Origin: Utricularia gibba
Lineage: Eukaryota > Plantae > Magnoliophyta
Length of the DNA stretch: 64,000 nucleotides
Assembly: GCA_002189035.1 (NCBI GenBank)
Contig: CM007989.1
Coordinates: forward strand, 1,612,001-1,676,000
Reading direction: 5' to 3'
How positions within the stretch are numbered: position 1 is the first letter of the stretch; each line of letters opens with the position of its first letter. Shown here in pieces: positions 11,357 through 25,426 of the stretch. The notes beneath the pieces are model-generated. The model did not search any database, was not told the origin of the DNA, and saw nothing but the letters and a program-made list of their open reading frames with translations. Both the position numbers and the translations under genes were made by a program.

Positions 11357-13198
11357 ATGGTGAGTTCTTCGAATTTTGGAGTGTACACATGTTTATTGCT
11401 GTAAATGTGAGGCCGTTTTTGGTTTTGATGCGTGAATAATTTTGGTTTCTTTTTTTTTTTTTCTGGTTTTTGTAGCTTCCTCTTTCCTTGCTGAAGACGG
11501 CTCAAGGCCATCCGATGGTACGCGTTTCTTTTGAGCTAAATCCGATGTTAAGGGACATGTGAACGCTCAATTTACTTCCTCTTTCCAGTTCATCATGCTT
11601 AACACAATGGCGTGAAATCCATGATTTTTTGTATTACTGTGAAATGGCGTAGTTATGAAAACTGCTTTTACTGGATAGTGTTGCCTGTTGAACAGTTAGT
11701 TGAGCTTAAAAATGGAGAAACATACAATGGTCATTTGGTCAACTGTGACACATGGATGAATATCCATCTTCGTGAAGTTATTTGCACCTCAAAGGTATGC
11801 TTGATACTCTATTTCTTTTAAAATTAACATAAGTTTCAGGAATGTGTCGAATGGTTCTTGGATTTGACGGTTTGTTTTTATGCCCTTTTTATATATGTAG
11901 GATGGAGATAGGTTCTGGAGAATGCCCGAGTGCTACATACGAGGGAATACTATCAAGTACCTTCGAGTTCCGGATGAGGTATTCTTTCTATGTCTAGATT
12001 TCTTGATATCTCATTTGACATGGACTTGACTAAGCAACTTTACTTTTGAGGAGCTTCTACCATGAAGTTGATAATTCAATCATAACATGTGCTAATTACG
12101 TGACACAGCCTCTATTTTTAATTCCTTTGATGCACAAGTATTGTATAAAAGTGTGATGGAAGTGGTAGAATTCTAAAAACCTGATTGGGTTTTTTCGTCC
12201 TTCCATGAGCTGGCCACTAAACTGGTCTGGATCAGTTTGCTGGGGTTTTAGCTCTTTTTTAAAACTTTAAAACAGTTTTATATAAAACAAATGATGTTTA
12301 ATTTTTGTTATTGCCCTGTTTAATTCTTTTTTAGAAACAAACAGTCGGCTGAATATCTCCTAAAGTCCTTAAACTTTTAAAACATGAGGTTAATATCTCC
12401 TGCGTCCATTGGTGGTTTTTTCATTATTTTAATTTTCTTTTCCTGTATGCCATTCCTATTCTCTTTGTGGTGCAAAGTAATGCATTGTGGCAATTGGTGT
12501 GAAGGAACAGTCCAACTTCCATTTGTCATTGCTTTTAGTTGCTGTTGCTAAATTTCGCGACCTCTTCATTTCAGGTTATTGATAAGGTTCAAGAGGAGAC
12601 AAAGAGTCGTTCTGGTATGTTTGCCAAAATTGATGTTTTTCAGTGACTACTGCTTCAAGCTCTCCTGCCATTCTTGTTCATCTACCATCATGATTAGACT
12701 TTAAATTCTACATTACACCTCGAATCTGTGTACCATTTGGGAAAATATGACCTCTGGAATGCATATGTACCTTGTTTCGGGGCACAGGTTTATATTCCCT
12801 ATAAATTGGAAACATGAGATTATAACTCTAAGACTACTGCTGCTACTGCTACTTTCAGATAGAAAGCCTCCAGGAGTTGGGCGTGGAAGAGGACGAGGCC
12901 GAGAGGACATGTCGAAGGGGGGAAGGGGCATGGGTCGTGGCCTAGAGGATGGAGGCGGCCGAGGTGCTGTTCCCGGTAGAGGCAGAGGTGGTCCGGGAGG
13001 CAGAGCATCTGGAAGTAGAGGTCATTCATCCCCTTTCCTTCTCCTCCTACCGTCACTCCATGTTCTCCTTCGCTTTTTCTTTCTTTTTCTTCCTTCATCA
13101 TGCACACTGCATTGACATCAGAAAAGACTTTTTTTGTTGTTATCCAGTGGTTTCACCAAGTAATCTTTCATCTCGACAGGTGCTGGCGTGGCCGATGA
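11357..13198 (+). CDS. LSM4: Sm-like protein LSM4 with RGG tail, 7 exons
   Basis: ATG-only exon 11357-11359, then 11476-11517 ([14 protein letters not shown]), 11696-11794 ([14 protein letters not shown]), 11901-11978 ([12 protein letters not shown]), 12575-12614, 12859-13020 (RG repeats) and 13180-13198. The last exon reads GAGRGR* with one added base near 13185-13187; as written it runs to about 13318. Confidence 0.93.
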
Positions 13199-14423
13199 GG
13201 GCGAAGGAAACTCCTTCTGGTATTGTGCTCCTCAGCAAGAGTGGTTGTTTATCTTTCTTAATCTTAGCATGAGAGAAGAGTGCCTGGGCGTATCATCATC
13301 ATCATCATCAACAACATGAGGGAGGCTCCTCCAGGACAAGCGTCTGGTTATGTTTTTCCCATCACACCCTGATTGCCTTCTTTGGATTGCCTTTTTCTTT
13401 TTAATTATTGTCTCATGAACCGAAAAACTTATATTATTCCGTCGTTAGTGGCCTTAGGATACATTCAAGTAGAGAGCCTCGTCACCTCCAGGGATTGGTA
13501 TCGTACTAGTTCAGCTGCGCAAAATTATAATTACTTTATCCATGCGTGCATACTTGTTACAAAATTATAGTAATAATATAAATTATATTTTCAAAAATTA
13601 TGTAATATTTTTTCATATAAATATTTTATTATAAATTTATAAATATAAATCTAATAAATATATCATTTACTTATAAAAAATATTTTCTATTTTTTAAAAT
13701 TTCAAACATTGAATTTCTCTTCAAATCAAGCCCTGAAAGGTCATTCAAGGTCAACCGAGTGATCCAAAGGGAGCTCAAATTTCAAGGTTTATAAGTTTTA
13801 ACTCTACTAAATTTTTGTAAACAGGGACTGTAGCCACCTACAGAGAAGAAGAGCGCATAATGGCTATTAAGGTTTTTAAGTTTTAATTTTTTAATTAGAG
13901 GGGGTGTAGCCAGGAGGGAGATAAGGTACCCTTCTGGTGTAATTTTTTGTGATTCTACATGGTGAATGAGCTGAGTTGAGTGCTTTGATGGTATACCGCC
14001 GGGTGTTGATGCATCAGAAAGTGTTTCTGGGTGATCAATTCTGCGTCCGTTTTCTTTAGTTTTCTGTATATTTTAATCTGTTTTTGTGATGGCTATAACG
14101 CCTGCTTTTCTTTTTGTCTAGGATTTAGAAGTATAGTGGTGGGAATTTGTGACGGTTTCCAAGTTCAAAGAGAGTTGGTTACTGCTTAGCGTTCGCATTT
14201 GGATTGTTGAGGTCTGCCTCGGGTATGGATCTTTTCTGTATTATCATTCATATGCGTTTTTGCTTTTCTGTTTTTTTGTCATCGTCTTCTCGCAGAAGTT
14301 GGCCTTCTTTCAAATTGTGTCGTTTAGTTTTTCTTGCCAAATCTGTTGAGATGATTAGGAATTCATAGTTTGTTTACTGACCTCCTCTCCCGGATAACCT
14401 TCAATCATGACGATGATCTTCAG

Positions 14424-17400
14424 ATGGGTTGCAAAGGTGGAGAAAAGATTAGATTTTGCATTGATCGCGGTGGAACTTTTACCGATGTTTATGCTGAGAT
14501 TCCTCATCAGACGGAAGGCAGAGTGATGAAGCTACTATCTGTCGACCCAGCAAACTACGATGATGCCCCCGTTGAAGGAATTCGTAGGATTCTTGAGGAA
14601 TTTACTGGGAAGGAAATACCTCGAACTGCAAAACTGCCCACTGAAAATATTGAGTGGGTGAGGATGGGAACAACAGTGGCAACAAATGCACTTTTGGAGA
14701 GGAAAGGTGAAAGAATAGCTCTCTGTGTGACGCGGGGGTTCAGAGATCTTCTTCAAATTGGGAATCAAGCTCGTCCCAATATTTTTGACTTAACTGCATC
14801 AAAACCTTCTCTTCTTTATGAAGAGGTTGTAGAAATTGATGAGAGAGTTGAGCTTGTTTTGGATGCGGAGAGCAATAGCAGTTCAACTGTGGAAGGTGTT
14901 TCAGGCGAGCTTATTCGGGTGGTAAAGCCTCTTGATGTTGAAGCTTTGAAGTTTTCGCTTAAGGCTGTGCTGGACAAAGGTATTAGCTGTTTAGCTGTGG
15001 TGCTGCTTCATTCCTACACATACCCGCAGCATGAAATATTGTTAGAGAAATTTGCTAAAAGTATGGGATTCAAGCATGTTTCCTTGTCATCCGCATTGAC
15101 TCCAATGGTTCGTGCTGTTCCTCGGGGTTTGACAGCTTGTGTTGATGCATATCTGACTCCGGTTATCAAGGAGTATCTGCAGGGTTTTATATCCAAGTTT
15201 GATGAAGGATTACACAAGTTGAATGTGTTGTTTATGCAATCAGATGGAGGATTGGCCCCAGAAAATCGGTTTTCTGGTCACAAGGCTGTTCTATCTGGCC
15301 CTGCTGGTGGGGTGGTGGGATATTCACAGACTCTTTTTGGGATTGAAACAGATAAGCCCCTTATTGGCTTTGATATGGGTGGCACTTCAACAGATGTGAG
15401 CCGGTATGCTGGTTCCTATGATCAAGTGATTGAAACCCAGATTTCTGGGGCTATTATTCAAGCACCTCAGCTTGAGATCAACACAGTTGCTGCTGGTGGT
15501 GGATCAAAGCTCAAGTTCCAATATGGTGCCTTCAGGGTAGGTCCGGAATCAGTTGGGGCTCATCCTGGGCCTGTTTGTTATCGCAAGGGAGGTGAACTAG
15601 CTGTTACTGATGCTAATCTCATTCTGGGGTATATCATTCCTGATTACTTTCCCTCAATTTTTGGTCCAAATGAGGATCAAGGATTAGATGTTCAGGCAAC
15701 TAGAAATGAGTTTGAGAAACTTGCCAAGAAAATAAACATCTACAGAAAGAGTCAGGATGTATCAGCTCGGGATATGACAGTTGAGGAGATTGCTCAGGGT
15801 TTTGTTGATGTTGCAAATGAAACCATGTGTCGACCTATTCGGCAATTAACTGAGATGAAGGGTCATGAGACAAAGAATCATGCCCTTGCTTGCTTTGGAG
15901 GCGCTGGGCCGCAGCATGCCTGTGCCATTGCTAGATCACTCGGCATGAAAGAAGTAATAATCCATAAATTTTGTGGGATTCTGAGTGCATATGGTATGGG
16001 ACTGTCAGACGTCGTTGAAGAGGAGCAGGAGCCTTTTTCTGCAGTATACAGTCCTCAATCCATCTCAGAGGCCTATGACCGAGAGGCTACCCTGTTGAGC
16101 CGTGTGATACAGAAGTTGGTGCAGCAGGGGTTTAAACAAGAAAATGTAACAACAGAGACATTCTTGAACTTGAGGTATGAGGGAACAGACACAGCCATTA
16201 TGGTGAAGAGCCCACAGAACGAAAATGGCACTAGAGGCGATTATGCTGTTGAGTTTGAGAATTTATTTCAGCAAGAATATGGCTTTAAGCTTCAGGGCAG
16301 GAATATTCTCATATGTGATGTCAGAGTTCGTGGTATTGGAGTCACTAGCATACTCAAGCCTCGGGCTGTGGAATCAGCAGCATCCATGAAGCCGAAGTCT
16401 ACTGCTCAGTACAAGGTTTATTTTGGAAATGGTTGGCATCAGACACCTCTGTTTAAGTTGGAGGATTTGGCGCATGGGCATCTCATTCCCGGACCTGCAA
16501 TAATTATGAATGGTAATAGCACTGTAATAGTAGAGCCAGGCTGCGAGGCCACCATCACAAAATATGGCAACATTAAGATTCAGATTAAGACGATCCATCT
16601 CACTCCTGAAGTTGCTAAAGATGTAGCAGATGTTGTGCAGCTTTCCATATTCAACCACAGATTCATGGGTATAGCTGAACAGATGGGTCGTACGCTACAA
16701 CGTACTTCAATATCCACGAATATTAAGGAAAGACTGGATTTTTCTTGTGCTCTGTTTGGTCCAGATAGTGGTCTAGTTGCAAATGCTCCTCATGTTCCAG
16801 TACATTTGGGAGCCATGTCAAGCACAGTTAAGTGGCAGTTAAACTTTTGGGGTGAGAATTTGAATGAAGGGGATGTTTTGGTTACAAATCATCCTTGTGC
16901 TGGTGGTAGCCATTTGCCTGATATAACAGTCATTACCCCAGTTTTCGAGAATGGAAAACTGGTATTCTTTGTAGCCAGCCGGGGGCACCATGCAGAGATC
17001 GGAGGTATTACTCCGGGGAGTATGCCGCCGTTTTCAAAGTCCATATGGGAAGAAGGAGCTGCCATAAAAGCATTCAAGCTTGTAGAAAAAGGAGTGTTTC
17101 AAGAAGAAGGGATAAGCCGCTTTCTGTTGTTCCCATATTCCGATCAGTCCACCGCAACCATTCCAGGGACACGCAGGCTTCAAGATAACCTCTCAGATCT
17201 CCGAGCTCAGATAGCTGCAAATCAAAGGGGAATTATACTTATCAAGGAGCTTATCCAACAATATGGGTTGGAAACCGTTCAGTCCTACATGAAACATGTG
17301 CAGACAAATGCTGAAAATGCAGTAAGAGAAATGTTGAAGTCAGTGGCTGCTCTGGTTTCATGTCAGTCATCAGCTAAGTCTGATGGAGACCTAGTGATCG

Positions 17401-18221
17401 TGGAAGAAGAAGATTACATGGACGATGGCTCCCTCATACACTTGAAACTCAGCATCAACAAATCAAGAGGAGAAGCGATTTTCGATTTCTCTGGGACAAG
17501 CCCAGAAGTCTATGGCAACTGGAATGCCCCAGAGGCTGTTACAGCAGCTGCAGTCATCTACTGTCTCCGTTGTCTGGTGGACATTGATATTCCTCTCAAT
17601 CAGGGATGCCTTGCGCCTGTGAAGATACATATATCATCCGGTTCGCTGCTGTCACCAAGTGATACTGCCGCAGTAGTAGGCGGCAATGTACTAACATCTC
17701 AAAGGATCACAGATGTTATCCTCACAGCTTTCCAAGCCTGTGCTTGCTCTCAAGGCTGCATGAACAACCTGACCTTCGGGGACGACACCTTCGGCTACTA
17801 CGAGACAATTGGCGGCGGCAGTGGCGCCGGTCCAACGTGGGACGGAACGAGTGGAGTCCAATGCCACATGACCAACACCCGCATGACAGATCCAGAGATC
17901 TTCGAGCAGAGGTACCCTGTTATACTGCAGAGATTTGGATTGAGGGAGGGCAGTGGCGGCTCAGGGGTTCGTCGCGGAGGCGACGGAATCGTTCGAGAGA
18001 TCAAGTTCAAACGGCCAGTCGTCGTCAGCATTCTGTCTGAGAGGAGGGTGCATGCTCCGAGAGGACTCAAGGGAGGAGCAGATGGCGCTAGGGGAGGTAA
18101 TTACCTCATCACTGTGAACAAACGGGTCGTATACCTCGGTGGGAAGAACACGGTGGCGGCTCAGGCCGGAGATGTTCTTCAGATACTGACGCCCGGTGGT
18201 GGAGGCTGGGGTCAAGTTTGA
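14424..18221 (+). CDS. OXP1: 5-oxoprolinase (hydantoinase A/B fusion), single coding exon, 1265 aa
   Basis: Intact ORF: [56 protein letters not shown]. The first true ATG (14424) follows a CTTCAG acceptor, suggesting a 5'UTR intron. Confidence 0.97.
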   Translation: MGCKGGEKIRFCIDRGGTFTDVYAEIPHQTEGRVMKLLSVDPANYDDAPVEGIRRILEEFTGKEIPRTAKLPTENIEWVRMGTTVATNALLERKGERIALCVTRGFRDLLQIGNQARPNIFDLTASKPSLLYEEVVEIDERVELVLDAESNSSSTVEGVSGELIRVVKPLDVEALKFSLKAVLDKGISCLAVVLLHSYTYPQHEILLEKFAKSMGFKHVSLSSALTPMVRAVPRGLTACVDAYLTPVIKEYLQGFISKFDEGLHKLNVLFMQSDGGLAPENRFSGHKAVLSGPAGGVVGYSQTLFGIETDKPLIGFDMGGTSTDVSRYAGSYDQVIETQISGAIIQAPQLEINTVAAGGGSKLKFQYGAFRVGPESVGAHPGPVCYRKGGELAVTDANLILGYIIPDYFPSIFGPNEDQGLDVQATRNEFEKLAKKINIYRKSQDVSARDMTVEEIAQGFVDVANETMCRPIRQLTEMKGHETKNHALACFGGAGPQHACAIARSLGMKEVIIHKFCGILSAYGMGLSDVVEEEQEPFSAVYSPQSISEAYDREATLLSRVIQKLVQQGFKQENVTTETFLNLRYEGTDTAIMVKSPQNENGTRGDYAVEFENLFQQEYGFKLQGRNILICDVRVRGIGVTSILKPRAVESAASMKPKSTAQYKVYFGNGWHQTPLFKLEDLAHGHLIPGPAIIMNGNSTVIVEPGCEATITKYGNIKIQIKTIHLTPEVAKDVADVVQLSIFNHRFMGIAEQMGRTLQRTSISTNIKERLDFSCALFGPDSGLVANAPHVPVHLGAMSSTVKWQLNFWGENLNEGDVLVTNHPCAGGSHLPDITVITPVFENGKLVFFVASRGHHAEIGGITPGSMPPFSKSIWEEGAAIKAFKLVEKGVFQEEGISRFLLFPYSDQSTATIPGTRRLQDNLSDLRAQIAANQRGIILIKELIQQYGLETVQSYMKHVQTNAENAVREMLKSVAALVSCQSSAKSDGDLVIVEEEDYMDDGSLIHLKLSINKSRGEAIFDFSGTSPEVYGNWNAPEAVTAAAVIYCLRCLVDIDIPLNQGCLAPVKIHISSGSLLSPSDTAAVVGGNVLTSQRITDVILTAFQACACSQGCMNNLTFGDDTFGYYETIGGGSGAGPTWDGTSGVQCHMTNTRMTDPEIFEQRYPVILQRFGLREGSGGSGVRRGGDGIVREIKFKRPVVVSILSERRVHAPRGLKGGADGARGGNYLITVNKRVVYLGGKNTVAAQAGDVLQILTPGGGGWGQV

Positions 18222-18474
18222 GTTTGGGAGATACTAATAAAGCATTTGTTGCTAATAAACCGTTTAAACAAAAGAATGAAAAGTTCCATTTTAATAATAA
18301 TATTTTTAATGGTTTTTTTAACTCTCATCTAACCATGGTTAACAAACTGAAGTGATTGTAGAATATTTCCCTGGTCTAGGATCCATATAAATTGACGATT
18401 ATGTCCCTGTTACCTGGGAAGTGTATAAATTGGGCAACCCTATTTTGCGAAGGCGGCGTAGGAACTCGGCTCCG

Positions 18475-19262
18475 ATGGGTGGTTCGCGGCGTAAGTACAA
18501 GAGATCAAAGCCGAAAGTGCGGGTGGGTTTACCGAAGAAGAAGCCCAACGTTTTCAAGCCGGCATTCAATCTTCCTCCGAAACTTAAAACCCTTTTGGAT
18601 CCCCTTTCAACCAAGTGGAATGACGAAGCCAGCGTCATCGAGAATTACAAGTCACTAGGGGTAGTTTCCAACCCTAATTTCCTCGGCGTTCGCTCCCGTA
18701 CGCCTCACATCGTCGAGAGTGACTCACTTCAAGTGCCTTCCTCCATCGATGGCGTTGCTCCTGAGTTTTGTGATACGGACACAGGGAGCGACCTTGAAGA
18801 AGATGGTAAGCTTTTTTTTCTTTATCATGTGCAATACCAATTTCTGGGGTCTCAATTGTACGTCCACCATTGATCTTACACAATGCCGCATGTTTACTCG
18901 TTCTTGTCTAACTTCCCTGAAACTTGCTGGTTAACTTCCCAGATTTAAAGTCAGCTTTAGGAAAGAAGCGGACTGATGGTGAAAACTCCTCCCTTCAGCC
19001 ACTTACAGCCATTCAGCGGCTTCATGTCAGCCGCCTCGTAGAGAAATATGGTGATGATTACGAGGTGTGCATCTGCTGGGAAGTTTGCTCTTTAATTGTA
19101 AGTTTTTTTGCGTTTCGTATCATCAAATTTCTGTTGCAGGCAATGTTTAGGGATACCAAACTGAATAACATGCAGCATTCACTGGCCACATTGGAGAAAC
19201 TGTGCAAAAGATATCATCTTTTCAAAGGCAAGAACCCTTTGCTTGCAAGCGCACCAAGGTGA
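18475..19262 (+). CDS. NOP16: Nucleolar protein 16-like (ribosome biogenesis), 3 exons
   Basis: Exons 18475-18805, 18943-19064, 19140-19262: MGGSRRKYKRSKPKVRVGLPKK, WNDEASVIENYKSLG, LVEKYGDDYEAMFRDTKLNNMQHS. Confidence 0.88.
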
Positions 19263-19756
19263 CGATCGATCGTATCTTCGTTGCACACTGGATTTTTGTG
19301 TGTTTCCCATTAAAATAGTGCATCAAATATGACAAAATTTTGATTGAAAAGTAGAAACGAGAACTAGGTCTGTACCTTTGTCCCTTGTCAGATGGACTTC
19401 ACGGAAGTGTGATTTGCTTTCTTCTCATTACCTCTAATTAATTACCATGGTTCCGAGAGAATCCAAAGTTGAAGTTTCATTTTTGAGATTCTCATTCATA
19501 CCATGTTTTATACACAAAAGCATGAGGGGAAAGGGATGCCAAGCTGGCCAGTAAAAGACAAATTCAAACAGCAGTTGTTCTACGCATTCACGCACATGCT
19601 ATATCACTAGGCTTCGAACCATGGTTTCAAGAAAAATCAGCTGTTTGCTCAGGAGAAGTTGAGGTGTAAAAAATGCTGTGAAGGAGATGTTATGGAGAAT
19701 CATGTGAGAAGCAGAGTTTGTTGGGGATTGTGATACAGAAGCCCCCCTAAGCTTGT

Positions 19757-21671
19757 TTATATGCCTGCGAACAATCGGCACTGGTCCTCCCAATGCTGCT
19801 TTACTAGCATGACTCTCTCCGCCTTTTCAGATTTGCGCCTTTCTTCCCAATACTCCGGGCAGCTGTGCGAATTCAAGGCAGAATTCATGTCCATTTTGCA
19901 TTGTGATTTTCAAATGATGGGCACTTACACTTTCGGTGTTTGATACTCACCTTCTGCTCAGTAAAATATGCAGCTCTTCCAAATGCACTGCAGCTTCCAA
20001 CACCCCAGTCTGAAAGTGCGGATACAGAATAAAATGATGAGGCTTTCAGGGTAGTGCGTGTGTGCTTGGGAGAGTTTGATGGCCGTACCTCTCGACATAT
20101 CGGACATCTCTGATGGGCACCCGCGGCTTTAAGCCCATCGACTATGGTAACTGAAGCAGCTTTACATGCGCAGATGTAGCAGAACATGTGACCACAAGCT
20201 AGAGAGACAGGGTCGAACAAGGTTTCCTGTAAATAACAACACAGAACAGGCAGCAGAGATCTTAATCTTTCCATGGTTCAATAGAATAGGATGCAATCAT
20301 GCCTGTAGCTCACCAGACATATAGCACAAGCCAAGTTGATTTCGAGGTGCAGAGAGTCGAAAAGTGCACATGATAGAGAGGGACTTCCATCCTTCATAAT
20401 CAAGGAGCAACCCTCGAAAAAGGCTGTGGTGTTTGTTGTATTTATACTTGAAGCCCTTGAGTTTATCTGAAAGGCCATGAGCTCGCAGAGCCATGGTGAC
20501 TGAAGGATTTCAATGTGCATGCTTTGAGCTCTCGACTTGAATGCCTGCCCTTGCTTGGAATAGTGAATCTAAACATGGGAATGAGAAATCAAACACCATA
20601 ATAACTTTCTTTGCAGACCCAAAACAAAATACATACCAAAAAACCACCAAGACTTTTTCTTGGTTCATTCTACTTCATGCACTAGGAAAAAAAAAAAATA
20701 CAGCATCAAGCACTGGAACACCTTTATCCTCTGTTTCTCAAAACACTTATCAACTGTTTCGAAGAAAAAGTTGCTAAGTTACAAAGTATAACAAGAGTTA
20801 TCATGAAGTATACCTGCAGAGTCATGCTAATATGGAATCTACACCTGTCTAATATGGTAGTCTAGAATCAAATACTTGTTGCTTGTCAGCTTCTCAATAC
20901 TACACTAACAATTCATGTATATATCACAATAAGATCAAATATAGTTGTTAATACACCACCTACAAGGAACCAGCTCAATGAAACAGTAATATATGTGAAA
21001 AGGGCGAAGATCCCCCCATGGCCATTCTTGTTACAAACTACAAAAACACAAAAGACGCATAGTATGGGAAAAAGCGACCCACAAACAATAAAAGGTGTTT
21101 TCTTTGATCATATTTTGTGATATGTATCAGGATGTTAGGTCTCGGACACATCAGGTTGTCTGTACCTTATCGTACTTCTTGAGAATCTTGCGCATTGCGA
21201 TTGCGTTGATGATCGCGTAAGTGACCAAATTCCGGCCTTCTTGAACCAGCATACTGTGATTCCCCGCGGATTTACCTTTAATCCAAATCAAGCACTTGCG
21301 AAATCCAGACGCAAGATGGAGCTGCAACAATCGTTGGGCTCTTTCGTTGAAGAATCCCACAACGGCAGACATTTCCTCGAGAAGCGAAGGGAAAAACGTC
21401 CCATCGCAAACTGGAAAAAAAAAATCGCCCAAATCCCGACCAAATACAAAAATTGAAGAAAAAAGGCTCAATTTTGAATACCTGGGCACTGTTGCGGACA
21501 CGCGGTGTCTTCGTGGTTTTGGTTATCGATAAGCCCTCCGGCGGCGGTAAGAGGCTGCTTCCGGCAACGGCATCGTTTGAGGATTTTCTTGAGGCTTTTG
21601 AAATGAACTTCGGGTAATTTCTTCTGACCCAAGCCTTGAATACACTCCTCGTATTTCTTGCAAAATTTCAT
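19757..21671 (-). CDS. NLA: SPX-RING E3 ubiquitin ligase NLA/BAH1, 6 exons
   Basis: MKFCKKY SPX start, [27 protein letters not shown]3HC4 RING (CAIC...CGHMFCYIC...CPIC), end [35 protein letters not shown]. All introns GT-AG and in frame. Confidence 0.95.
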
Positions 21672-22444
21672 CCTGAAATCAACAATCCGATCAAATCAAA
21701 CCTGACAATTCGCTCCGATCTCAGAAACAACTTCCCCCAAATACACAGAGACATGCAACGAAACTATGTGCGCCAACTTTTTACGTAATTACAACCAATT
21801 TTTAATTCAAAAGTCAACCTTCGCCAACCTTTATCCTAAACCACCTCTGTAAAACTCAATCAACATACAAAGCAAAAAGCGAAGATGGGCGGATCAGAAC
21901 AAGTGCCACTATTCCTCAGGCCTCAGGGTAGATTCAATCAATATAATACCCCGGGATTTGGGGAAGAAGTTTTTTGATGGGCTGATATGGGCTTGATACT
22001 GCAGCTGGGCTCGCGGGCGCACAAATTCTTTCTTCCGAATGGTCTTGGAGCTGATCGGTGAAGGGCCTTAATTCCTTCCCATCGTTAGACATCCACAGCG
22101 GACGCCACAGCTTTCAATGGCAGTAACCTGGTGGTGCTGAACGATCCCTGCCAAGAACATCAAAAAGCTATGCGTCATCTTGCTCCCTGTCTGTCACTAC
22201 CCTTAACAGGCAGGGCCACAGTGACTCTGATTGCGCTACAACTTGGAAATTCCCTTCTTCCCTGGAAAGTCCAAAAAACAGTGTCTGATAGTCGGTTGTC
22301 ATGGAATACCAGAGCATGGTTGATGTCATTCTAGCTCCAATTTGTCTGCAACTACACAGTGTCAAGATGGCCGGTTGAAGTCGAATACCGAGACTACAAA
22401 CTTGTGAGCTACAATGGCTGATTTAGCACACTGGTTTCAAAGTT

Positions 22445-23389
22445 CACGTGCCTTCCTCCCCAGACAATACGGCTGCCATACATATCAATGAATCCAGTGT
22501 TCCAGCGAGAAGATGGATAAGGCGCACCTCACTCTGGAGAAGTTTATCAGACAACTAACCACACCCGAACTCCAGAATCCATAGAAACCATCGAACATTC
22601 ATTACACGATGGAGTTGCTGACGGATGCTCCATTTCAATCATAACTTAAGTTACAGTTGTTCAAATTAAAGATTAGATGGATACTATGAATACATGTAAA
22701 TCCAAATATACAATAAACATGAATCACATTAGGCCTAATCAATTACTAATCTTTTGTATATTTACTCAATTGTTTGTTCTAGTAACAGTTAATTTTTCGT
22801 TTAAACTCCCAAGTTAATGGGGGAGAACACGGCCATTCTCGACTTCCAGCCTCCCATTTTCTCTTCTCCAAGGCCCCGATTCGTGTTGCTGCTGGGAACT
22901 AAGAAAAAGGTTCAGCAACGACTCACTCAGGTTCCGCAGTCCACACTGATTGAAGTTACAGGCAGCCACGTGACAAGCGGACAGCTTCCCCCTAACGAGG
23001 CCCACCTTGTCCGGTCCAATTCCCAAACAGCGCCCCACAGTTGGGCCTCCACGTGTCCCACTTTCATCCACTAGTTAACTGTTCTAGTCCTTGTTTGCAA
23101 TAAAACTGACCAGTCAAAATGTTGACCCGATGCAATCCGGGCCCCCATCACGATGGAGCTGGGCTATGTATATTAAATATTAATATAAATAATTTCATAT
23201 TTTATTACCGAATTTCGGCATCATGGTCGTATTTTTTTATATTATAAATAGAATAACGACAAACACGGGAGGAGAATCGGTAGCACGCACGTGCACTGCA
23301 CGCCCCCAAGATGCCCTCCGGGAAAAGTGTGTGGATGTCAATTTTCCCCCATTAAATGTGAATAAAAAAAGGCAATTGGCCTACGTGTC
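22445..23389. promoter_or_regulatory. G-box/ABRE cluster upstream of NLA and downstream of EID1
   Basis: CACGTG at 22445, 22967, 23050 and 23288, plus ACGTGTC at 23383. Function is inferred from motifs only. Confidence 0.45.
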
Positions 23390-23811
23390 TGATTCGGATC
23401 CACGACGTCCAGTGGCCCCACCCAAACCCACATGAGGTCGACCATCGAATCTCTTTTACTTGACAAACAGAGGCCGAGTCGACCCGACCCAATTCAAATC
23501 GGGTTAGATATTTGATGATACATTTGTTAATTAAATTAGTTTATTTAATTAAACATGCTTGGAGATGCTATGAAATATTGTGTATATAAATAAATATATC
23601 AAAGATAACGTAACTCGATTTTAAATCATGATAAATTGTCAATTTCAACGTCATATTTTAATATTTTAGAACAACAAATTTGGTTAAGTTATTACTTTTG
23701 GGATAATATTATTTTAGCGTCCTTGTATTGTAGTTTTTTTAATGACAAGATACTAATTCAATGGTACATGGTAACACACACAGCTGGAGATGGAGAGGAA
23801 TGGAGGAAGCG

Positions 23812-24779
23812 TCAGTTGGGCCAATCGGTCCAAGCGCCGGAAACATGGCCGTTTTCGCAGACGTAAGCACGAACAACAGGCTCACCATCGTCGTGGAAGC
23901 CGAAGTATCTTCTCAAACAGAAGGAAGAATGCAGCTCCCATGTCTGTTTCAGGGAACAGAAGGCGCAGCTCACATCAATTTTCCTCCTTTTACCGTCATT
24001 GATGGTTCTCCAGACAGTCGACTCTTTGAATTTCTTGAAGAAGCCTCTGAAGAGCATGTAGCTCCTCTTCTCTTCCACATGCACGCACCCCGGGAGGCCG
24101 GAGAGGTACAGGGAGTCCTCTCTGAATCTGCTCGCGAGAAGCTTGTTGCCTTCTTCGCGGCTCAAATTCCATGACCCGGAAGCTAAGTGAGACCCGCTGC
24201 TTCTTTCTGGAACTGGGAGAGCAGTATTGTTCCCTTCCGTGATTTCTGTTGAGGAATTTGGGGTTTGGGGAACCTCGCTTCCCTGGGATGGAAAACTTTC
24301 TTCTGGTTCACCGTATAGAGTGTCGAATAGCAAATCGTCGTAGAGAGACCAGATTTCCCCAGAGGGGGAACTTTCGATCCGGCATCAGAACTACTCGATG
24401 AGCAACCTAACGCTGCATCCGGGTCTTCACTCGCGCGGCTCGACACTCGGTAATTTTCCTCCGGCCCCAATTCGCGTTCCAGCCCGAAATCCGAGTTTTC
24501 AAGGAGGATACCGCAGTGGTGGAGCCCTGGGCAGCACACACAAATCTTGTGCAAAGAAGCCCATACCCCGGAAGCGGCAGTGATGGACGGCGGCAGATCA
24601 GCGACGACGGCGGGGATGGAATTCAAACATTTTCTCCTATAACAAAAACTGCGAATCAGCAAGGAGAATCTACTCGAAACGCAAGAGATCTTCGCCCAAC
24701 TCACAGGATCATCCTCTAATTTGAAAAGTATGATAAGTAAAAGGTCATCGGAAAGCTTCAAGAAAACGCCTTCCGGCAT
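23812..24779 (-). CDS. EID1: Phytochrome A-associated F-box protein EID1, single exon, one apparent frameshift
   Basis: KLEDDPVSWAKISCV, VCCPGLHHCGILLENSDFGLERELGP, HLASGSWNLSREEGNKLLASRFR, GFHDDGEPVVRAYVCENGHVSGAW. The two ORF halves join with +1 base at 24354-24370 (giving LGEIWSLYDD). ATG at 24779. Confidence 0.93.
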
Positions 24780-25301
24780 TTTTCTCTCCCCGGATTCGTC
24801 GAACTCCAACAGAATCAGACCTCAAATTCACATCAGAAACCAAAGAACAAAGACTTTTTTTTTTTTTTCCCTGTTGCGGAAGGTAGAAGGAAAAGTGAGA
24901 ACGAAGCAGGAGAGAAACAAGATTCTCAGAGGCGATTATCCATCTGTAGGCGGGGACGGCAAAGCGATACCCCAAATGCACGCTTATCCTTTCACTATTC
25001 TCCCCTTTTTCAATTATTCATTTTTTTTCTGCTTTATTATGTCATTAAAACCCACTCTAAATAATTGATCATCCACACTTAAAATAACTGCGCGCCACGG
25101 GTACTTTCTTTTCTTGTCCACCCCTCCCTCTTTTTATAATAATGCTACATTTATGGTGCTCATTTAAAATAAATTATATACGGTAAATAAATTACCTTTT
25201 TTCAGTCAAGTTAAATAACTTATGGAATGCACGATTTGAAACTTGTAGCAGTGATGTTCGTGCTCAAATTATAACGACACTATCGTTATGGAAGTATATG
25301 T

Positions 25302-25426
25302 TAGTAAAGTATTAATACATTTAATTTTTTAGTCACGTTTAATTTTTTAGCACTCTCACGTGACTCTTGCTCATCATATAAGTACTATTTAGAAGTCGTT
25401 TGCTAGTAAAGTATTAATACATTTAA
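25302..25426. repeat. 23-bp perfect direct repeat
   Basis: TAGTAAAGTATTAATACATTTAA at 25302-25324 and 25404-25426. Confidence 0.8.

Noticed and set aside
21672-22130. miR827 target site in the NLA 5'UTR
   Set aside because: No match to TTAGATGACCATCAACAAA found by eye; NLA targeting is largely Brassicales-specific, so absence is expected.
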